Shown in pieces: positions 57,375-64,000 of a DNA stretch of 64,000 nucleotides (position 1 is its first letter; each line of letters opens with the position of its first letter). Made by a program: the position numbers and the translations under genes. This DNA comes from a virus (Duplodnaviria; Caudoviricetes), in the IMG/VR virus record IMGVR_UViG_3300035180_001680; one strand, written 5' to 3'. The notes beneath the pieces are model-generated. The model was given only the letters and a program-made list of their open reading frames with translations. It was not told where the DNA came from and searched no databases.

Positions 57375-59297
57375 ATGGAAAATATCTTTGACTTGTATCG
57401 CTCACAATATAAAGAACACTCAACTGAAACTATGAGTATTCAAGAGTATCTTGAATTATGCAAAAAAGAGCCGTTAACATATGCTACAGCTGGAGAGCGT
57501 ATGTTACAAGCAATAGGGGAACCAAAAATGGTAAACACGAAAGACGATCCCCGCCTTAGCCGTATTTTTATGAATCGTGTCATTAAAGTTTATCCTGCTT
57601 TTGAAGATTTTTATGGTATTGAAGATTCTGTTGAGCAGATAGTTTCATTTTTTACACACGCTGCTCAAGGTCTAGAAGAGAAGAAACAAATCCTCTATCT
57701 GCTTGGTCCTGTCGGAAGTTCCAAGTCTAGTATTGCAGAACGTTTGAAAGAATTAATGGAAAAAATTCCATTTTATGCGATTGAAGGTTCTCCAATCTTT
57801 GAATCACCTCTTGGATTATTCAACGTTACAGAACACGGAAAGTTTTTAGAAGATAATTATGGTATTGATCGCCGTTATCTTGGACACATTATGTCTCCTT
57901 GGGCCGCAAAACGCTTACGTGAATTTGATGGAGATATTTCCAAATTCCGAGTTGTTAAACGTTGGCCTTCTCGTCTTAACCAAGTTGCAATTACAAAAAC
58001 AGAACCTGGTGATGAAAACAACCAAGATATTTCGTCTCTCGTTGGTAAAGTAGATATTCGAAAATTGGAAGAATACTCTCAAGATGATCCAGATGCATAC
58101 AGTTATAGTGGTGGTCTGTGTTTAGCCAATCAGGGGATTCTTGAATTCGTTGAAATGTTCAAAGCACCAATCAAAATTTTACATCCTCTGTTAACAGCGA
58201 CACAAGAAGGCAATTATAATGGTGTTGAGGGTGCAGCTATTCCATTTAGTGGTGTAATTCTTGCACATAGTAACGAAAGTGAATGGACTGCTTTCCGAAA
58301 CAATAAAACGAATGAAGCATTTTTGGATCGTGTTTATATTGTTAAAGTTCCATATTGCTTGCGTGTATCAGATGAAACCCAAATTTACCGCAAGCTTCTT
58401 CGAGGTAGTGCTTTGTATGCATCACCATGTGCGCCTGGAACACTGGAAATGATGGCTCGTTTCGCTGTATTGACACGATTGAAAGAACCTGGTAATTCTG
58501 CTTTGTATTCAAAGATGCGTGTATATGATGGAGAAAATCTGAAAGATAGTGATCCTAAGGCGAAACCCATTCAAGAGTATCACGACGAAGCAGGTGTAGA
58601 TGAGGGCATGAGTGGATTATCAACTCGATTTGCATATAAGATCCTTTCGAGGGTGTTCAATTATGATTCTCAAGAAGTTGCTGCGAATCCAGTTCATTTA
58701 ATGTATGTTCTCGAAAAACAGATCGAACAAGAACAATTTCCACCAGACACAGAAGAAAGATATATTGATTTCATTAAAAGTGTTCTGGCTCCAAAATATG
58801 CAGAATATTTGGACAAAGAAATACGGACTGCATACTTTGAAAATGCAGATGAATATGGTCAAAATCTATTCGAGCGGTACTTGACATATGCGGATGCTTG
58901 GATTCAAGATGTTGATTTTCGAGATCCTGATACAGGTGAAATGTACGAACGGAGTGCTTTGAATTCAGAATTGGAAAAAGTTGAGAAACCAAGCGGAATC
59001 GCCAATCCAAAAGATTTTCGCAGTGAAGTTGTCAGTTACGTTCTTCGTCAACGAGCTGCTAATGGTGGAAAGACTCCTGACTGGAAATCATATGAGAAGA
59101 TTAAAGATGTAATCGAAAAACGAATCTTCGCTTCAACAGAAGAATTATTGCCCGTAATAACCTTTACTTCAAAGGGAAGTTCTGAAGATCAGAAAAAACA
59201 TAATGGGTTTGTTCAGCGTATGGTTGAAAAAGGATACACTGAAAAACAAGTAAGATTATTGGTGGAGTGGTTCCTTAGATGGCGCAAAAATAATTAA
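57375..59297 (+). CDS. prkA: PrkA/YeaG family AAA+ serine kinase-like protein
   Basis: LLGPVGSSKSS, EPGDENNQDIS.LVG, LEFVEMFKAP, NEAFLDR. Confidence 0.93.
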   Translation: MENIFDLYRSQYKEHSTETMSIQEYLELCKKEPLTYATAGERMLQAIGEPKMVNTKDDPRLSRIFMNRVIKVYPAFEDFYGIEDSVEQIVSFFTHAAQGLEEKKQILYLLGPVGSSKSSIAERLKELMEKIPFYAIEGSPIFESPLGLFNVTEHGKFLEDNYGIDRRYLGHIMSPWAAKRLREFDGDISKFRVVKRWPSRLNQVAITKTEPGDENNQDISSLVGKVDIRKLEEYSQDDPDAYSYSGGLCLANQGILEFVEMFKAPIKILHPLLTATQEGNYNGVEGAAIPFSGVILAHSNESEWTAFRNNKTNEAFLDRVYIVKVPYCLRVSDETQIYRKLLRGSALYASPCAPGTLEMMARFAVLTRLKEPGNSALYSKMRVYDGENLKDSDPKAKPIQEYHDEAGVDEGMSGLSTRFAYKILSRVFNYDSQEVAANPVHLMYVLEKQIEQEQFPPDTEERYIDFIKSVLAPKYAEYLDKEIRTAYFENADEYGQNLFERYLTYADAWIQDVDFRDPDTGEMYERSALNSELEKVEKPSGIANPKDFRSEVVSYVLRQRAANGGKTPDWKSYEKIKDVIEKRIFASTEELLPVITFTSKGSSEDQKKHNGFVQRMVEKGYTEKQVRLLVEWFLRWRKNN

Positions 59298-59519
59298 TCT
59301 TTATAATCGAGGAGTTAGAGAGGAACCATTGGTTCCTCTCTATTGTTCATACTTACACTTCTTTTTGTTATTTTCTGTCGCTGTTAATATTTGCAGATTC
59401 GATAAACAACGTAAACCACACACAGTATCACTGTTCACACTTCATACTTCAAAAGTAACATCTGTTGTAAGGGGGCAATTTTTGATATATAATAGAAACT
59501 ATTATTCACGGAGTACAGA

Positions 59520-60839
59520 ATGAGTTTTCAAATTTTGGACCGAAGAAAGAATGGTAAAAATAAAAGCTCTGCAAATCGTCAGCGTTTTATCCGGCGAGTA
59601 AAAAGTAGAGTTCGGGAAGCTGTTAAGAAATCTATCACATCGGGAAACATTCGTGATATTATTTCACCTGGCGACCAGAATGTTAATATCCCAACAAAAG
59701 ATATTAATGAACCTCATTTTACTCATTCGTCTGATTCAGGTGAACTTGAACGTATCTTACCTGGAAATAAAAAATATGTTCCAGGAGACAGAATCCCAAA
59801 ACCACCTCCTCAAGATGGTAAGGGTGGGAATGGTTCCGGTGGAGGTGGTGAACAGAACGATGACTTTGAGTTCGCTATTACTCACGACGAATACATGGAT
59901 GTGTTCTTTGAAGATTTGGAGCTTCCCGATTTAGTTAAAAAGGGGCTTGCTCAAACAGAAGAAATAAAGGTAAAACGAGCTGGGTTTGCTGTTGATGGTA
60001 ATCCAAGTAAATTAAACTACGTACGTTCTCTTCGACAGTCAGTTGGACGGCGGGCTGCTTTACGTACTCCAAAAAAACGAAAACTACGAGAGCTAGAAAC
60101 AGAACTTTCGGAACTTTATGAATTCATTGAAAATAATAAAGATGAAAATGGAAATCTAATAACGGAGTGTGAAGAACAACAACTTCGGATTATTCAACTT
60201 GAACATGAAATAGCTGTTCTTAAAAAGAAAATTAAGGCTGTTCCATTTATTGATTCAATTGATTTGCGTTATAACAGATTTGAGATAGTTCGAACCCCAA
60301 TTACTCAAGCTGTGATGTTTTGTGTCATGGACGTATCTGGTAGTATGGGTGAATATGAAAAAGATTTAGCAAAACGATTTTTCATGTTATTGTATTTATT
60401 TCTACACCGAAATTACAAATATGTGGATGTCGTATTTGTTAAACATCACACAGCAGCTTTTGAAGTAGACGAAGAAAACTTCTTTTATTCTCGTGAATCA
60501 GGCGGAACCATGGTTTCTTCCGCAACAACTCTCGTGAAAAACATAATTGAAGAACGATATGATCCATCGAAATGGAACATTTATGTGTGCCAAGCAAGTG
60601 ATGGAGATAACGATGTGGATGATTGTCAACAGGTTGTCGAAACGCTTATTAAAGATATTCTTCCTATGTCACAATATTATGCTTACGTCCAAGTTAATAA
60701 TCCTGATAACATCATGTCGCAGGTATACCAACATTACTTATTGGGGAAACATGAGAATTTTGCAATGGCTATAATTGAAGAACCAAGTGATATATATCCT
60801 GTTTTCCACAACCTATTCGAAAAGGACACATCCAAATGA
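59520..60839 (+). CDS. yeaH: YeaH/YhbH (DUF444) vWA-like protein
   Basis: KSSANRQRF, MDVSGSM, RESGGT, QASDGDN. Confidence 0.92.
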   Translation: MSFQILDRRKNGKNKSSANRQRFIRRVKSRVREAVKKSITSGNIRDIISPGDQNVNIPTKDINEPHFTHSSDSGELERILPGNKKYVPGDRIPKPPPQDGKGGNGSGGGGEQNDDFEFAITHDEYMDVFFEDLELPDLVKKGLAQTEEIKVKRAGFAVDGNPSKLNYVRSLRQSVGRRAALRTPKKRKLRELETELSELYEFIENNKDENGNLITECEEQQLRIIQLEHEIAVLKKKIKAVPFIDSIDLRYNRFEIVRTPITQAVMFCVMDVSGSMGEYEKDLAKRFFMLLYLFLHRNYKYVDVVFVKHHTAAFEVDEENFFYSRESGGTMVSSATTLVKNIIEERYDPSKWNIYVCQASDGDNDVDDCQQVVETLIKDILPMSQYYAYVQVNNPDNIMSQVYQHYLLGKHENFAMAIIEEPSDIYPVFHNLFEKDTSK

Positions 60840-63094
60840 GTGAACCAATTACCACGTCAAGTGATTGGAATTTTGAATTAATTGAAAAGTTTTATAAAGA
60901 AATAGAAACCATTGCTGTAGAAGAACTGGGTTTGGACGTATATCCAAACCAAATTGAAGTGATTTCTGCAGAGCAGATGTTGGACGCATATTGTATAACT
61001 CCTGACCACAAATTGTTAAAACAAGATTTGAGTTGGATTGAGGCAGGTAATATTAAGGTTGGTGATGTGGTGTTAGGATTTGACGAACATGGACCTCATC
61101 GTAGATATCGTTCTGCGATCGTTCAAGGTGCAGAACGAGTTACAAAACCGGTATATTGTGTTACTTTATCATCTGGAAAGCAATTTAAAGTAACAGGTAA
61201 TCACTTGTGGCTTGTTCGACAGCAAAAGGGAGCAACATCTGTGCTTCAGTGGAGAGCAACAACACAACTACGAACAACAAAAGATACAAGATTTTCCGCA
61301 TCTCGTATACCTAAATTAATGGATGTGTGGTCTGAAATAAACACCAAAGACGCTGGCTGGCTGGCTGGTATGTATGACGGTGAAGGAAATATTATTCGTG
61401 GATCAGTACAGGCGTTGTGTATTTCCCAGAATGAAGGTCCGACCTTAAACAAAATCAAACAAATAATTGGCGAATTGGGATATACGTTCTATCAAGCTGA
61501 TAAAAAGTCAGGACGGGGGATTTGTAAGACAATTGGATTAACTGGTTCTTCCAGTGCAGATCAACTTCGTTTCTTAGGAGAAATTCGTCCTGAACGAATT
61601 ATTTCAAAGATATCTTTTGACCAACTAGGTTTAATGAAGACGTCCAATTACGAAGAGGTGGAATCAGTACAATTAATTGGTGACCTTGAAATTGTAAAGA
61701 TTACAACATCAACCGGCACCTTCGTTTGTGATGGTTATCCAATGCACAATTCAAGTGTTGGGATGCCAATTATGTACAACCACTGGTCGTTTGGTAAAGA
61801 CTTCATCACAAACAATAATGGCTACAAACAAGGTCAAATGGGTCTTGCATATGAAATTGTATTGAATACTAATCCATGCCTTGTGTATTTAATGGAAGAG
61901 AATACCATGATGATGCAAGCATTGGTTATAGCTCATGCTGCTTTTGGACACAATGCTTTTTTTAAGAATAACTATTTGTTTAAAGAATGGACGCAAGCCG
62001 ACACAATCGTTGATTATCTGGTATTCGCGAAGCATTATATTTCCGAGTGTGAGGAGAAATATGGTGTTCAACAAGTTGAGAGTTTGTTGGATGCTTGCCA
62101 CGCTCTCCAAAATTATGGTGTGGACAAATACCACCGTTCTGGAAAATTGTCTGTTGAAAAAGAACGAGCAAAACAGAATGAACGAGCGATTTATGTTCAA
62201 AGTCAACTAAACGATTTGTGGAGAACAATTTCAGGTTCCCAAGATGTTGTTGTGGACAAGGGAACGAATGATGTGTTCCCTGCTGAACCACAGGAAAATA
62301 TATTATATTTCTTGGAGAAACATTCCCCGAACCTTGAAACATGGCAACGAGAGATTATTCGTATTGTTCGTAAGATCGCTCAATATTTCCACCCTCAGAG
62401 AGCCACAAAAGTAATGAATGAGGGTTTTGCGACCTTTATCCATTACACAATCATGCAACGGTTGAGAGAAAAAGGATTAATTACGGATGGGTTTATGATG
62501 GAATTTCTTCGGGATCATACTAACGTTGTAATGCAACCATCATTTGAGTCAAAATATTTTAGTGGACTAAATCCATATGCACTCGGATTTGCAATGTTTC
62601 AGGACATTCGACGTATTTGTGAGAATCCTACTGAAGAAGACAAACGTTGGTTCCCTGAATGGGCTGGGGATCCTGACTGGATAAGCGTTGTCAAGCATGC
62701 CGTTGTGAATTTTAAAGATGACGGTTTCATTTTACAGTTCTTGTCTCCGACAGTAATGCGCAACATGAAGATGTTTTCTTTGAAAGATTCTCGCAATGAA
62801 CATAACTATGAAGTAACAGCAATTCATAATGATGAAGGATTTAAACATATTCGTAGAGTTCTTTCCGAACAACACAACCCATCTTTGTTAATCCCAGATA
62901 TTCAAGTTGTAAGGGTTGACAAGTGGGGAACACGAAAATTATTACTTCAACACAATATCGTTGATGGGAAGTTATTGGATGCGAAACAAGCTGATAGAGT
63001 AGTATCATTAATACATACTCTTTGGAAATACGATGTGGTATTATGCTCTGTTGATGATAGAGGACAGGTAAAAGCTACACATTATTCCTTATAA
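60836..63094 (+). CDS. spoVR: SpoVR/YcgB family protein, intein-containing
   Basis: QMLDAY|SSVGMP..Y.HWSFGK, AYEIV, AHAAFGHN.FF, TKVMNEGFA. Confidence 0.92.
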   Translation: MSEPITTSSDWNFELIEKFYKEIETIAVEELGLDVYPNQIEVISAEQMLDAYCITPDHKLLKQDLSWIEAGNIKVGDVVLGFDEHGPHRRYRSAIVQGAERVTKPVYCVTLSSGKQFKVTGNHLWLVRQQKGATSVLQWRATTQLRTTKDTRFSASRIPKLMDVWSEINTKDAGWLAGMYDGEGNIIRGSVQALCISQNEGPTLNKIKQIIGELGYTFYQADKKSGRGICKTIGLTGSSSADQLRFLGEIRPERIISKISFDQLGLMKTSNYEEVESVQLIGDLEIVKITTSTGTFVCDGYPMHNSSVGMPIMYNHWSFGKDFITNNNGYKQGQMGLAYEIVLNTNPCLVYLMEENTMMMQALVIAHAAFGHNAFFKNNYLFKEWTQADTIVDYLVFAKHYISECEEKYGVQQVESLLDACHALQNYGVDKYHRSGKLSVEKERAKQNERAIYVQSQLNDLWRTISGSQDVVVDKGTNDVFPAEPQENILYFLEKHSPNLETWQREIIRIVRKIAQYFHPQRATKVMNEGFATFIHYTIMQRLREKGLITDGFMMEFLRDHTNVVMQPSFESKYFSGLNPYALGFAMFQDIRRICENPTEEDKRWFPEWAGDPDWISVVKHAVVNFKDDGFILQFLSPTVMRNMKMFSLKDSRNEHNYEVTAIHNDEGFKHIRRVLSEQHNPSLLIPDIQVVRVDKWGTRKLLLQHNIVDGKLLDAKQADRVVSLIHTLWKYDVVLCSVDDRGQVKATHYSL
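60992..61750 (+). mobile_element. intein (253 aa) with probably degenerate LAGLIDADG domain
   Basis: Starts CITPDH, ends FVCDGYPMHN followed by Ser; WLAGMYDGEG. Confidence 0.9.
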
Positions 63095-63135
63095 GTATAA
63101 ATATCTATTATACTTGGTCATGAAGGAGATTTTAA

Positions 63136-63729
63136 ATGGGATTAATTAGAGAAATCAATACTGCGTTGGAAGATCACATTAAAGCTGAAGAAGAATTCTT
63201 TGGTGCTTTATATGAAAAAATAGAAACAGTTTTAGAAAAGGAATATCATTCTGAATTGTTTGAGAGTGCAGAACAATTTTTGAATCAAATGGCTGACATT
63301 ATTAAAACAGGAAAGGATTTAGACCCTGATCAAGCTGGCGCGATGGGTGCAAAACTTGCTGCTCTTCAGTTGTTGGCAAATCCTGGAACTCGAAGTTCAG
63401 CGTTATCTGTTATTGCTGGTGCAGATGCAGCTAAAAAGTTATCCATAATCATGAAACAAGCTTCTGGATCAGATCAACCCGTGGGTCAAGTGGATAAGGT
63501 TTTGATTGCATTAGCAAATAAAGTTGGAAAATCTGGTGTAACCCAGAATACCCAAATGCTGACGGGATTGGGTAATATGGACGAGAAAGCAAGAGCGACA
63601 AAGGCCAATCAATTGATAGGCCTTGCAAATACGTTCAAACAACTGGATGCACAAATTCAACAAGCTCCTGCTCAACCATCTCGAGCTCCAACCGGAAACA
63701 CACCACCAGCCGCCCAGGCTGGAGTTTAA
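63136..63729 (+). CDS. hypothetical late protein
   Basis: TATAAATA at 63096; AAGGAG RBS. Confidence 0.75.
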   Translation: MGLIREINTALEDHIKAEEEFFGALYEKIETVLEKEYHSELFESAEQFLNQMADIIKTGKDLDPDQAGAMGAKLAALQLLANPGTRSSALSVIAGADAAKKLSIIMKQASGSDQPVGQVDKVLIALANKVGKSGVTQNTQMLTGLGNMDEKARATKANQLIGLANTFKQLDAQIQQAPAQPSRAPTGNTPPAAQAGV

Positions 63730-64000
63730 TGTTGACTTTTCTCCCCTTTTAGTGTATAGTGCAGTTTGCTATCACTTCAAGGGAAGAAAAATGAAATTAT
63801 TTGAACTGTTTTGTGTTATTCAGTCTTTTAAAGATAAGTTAAATGCTTGGAACCTGTATGTGTGTTATTATATTGGAGTTGCGTTGAGTAGTATTCGACA
63901 CGATCCTCCAGTCGATTTATTTACGGAACTGTAACTCCATAAATTTACACATCTAATTTTTTTGAAAAAAGACAATAAATACATTTAACAGGAGACACAT

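Noticed and set aside
118-62796. Most short antisense or alternate-frame ORFs in the supplied track
   Set aside because: They overlap well-supported genes, lack RBSs and show no recognisable motifs.
1-64000. tRNA or rRNA genes
   Set aside because: No cloverleaf with T-loop/D-loop consensus and no rRNA-like segment was recognised by eye; tRNAscan was not run.

Overview
64-kb segment of a large AT-rich tailed dsDNA phage (jumbo, T4-like late promoters TATAAATA, spanins implying a Gram-negative host). Nearly all genes are on the + strand. 1-14 kb is a sigma70-driven early region of small genes. It contains a specialised locus at about 8.2-13.3 kb: a 1,702-nt stretch (10001-11702) with no cytosine on the + strand, which still carries three intact genes and C-free promoters. 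That stretch is flanked by a 75-bp inverted repeat belonging to a four-copy promoter/short-RNA-like element, and lies next to a G-free 22-bp tandem array. 18-26 kb holds a long tail fibre, its chaperone, a beta-propeller adhesin and a modification-enzyme cluster. 26-45 kb holds NAD salvage genes (NadM-NUDIX, NadR-like, NAMPT, two NAD kinases), a frameshifted Tad2-like gene, a vWA gene, an intein-split divergent PurA, a c-di-GMP-I riboswitch ahead of three secreted-protein genes, and a decayed duplicated block. 45-64 kb holds probable virion-internal proteins, spanins, 2H and HAD enzymes, and a PrkA-YeaH-SpoVR operon with an intein in SpoVR. All product calls come from motif recognition by eye; no database searches were run.
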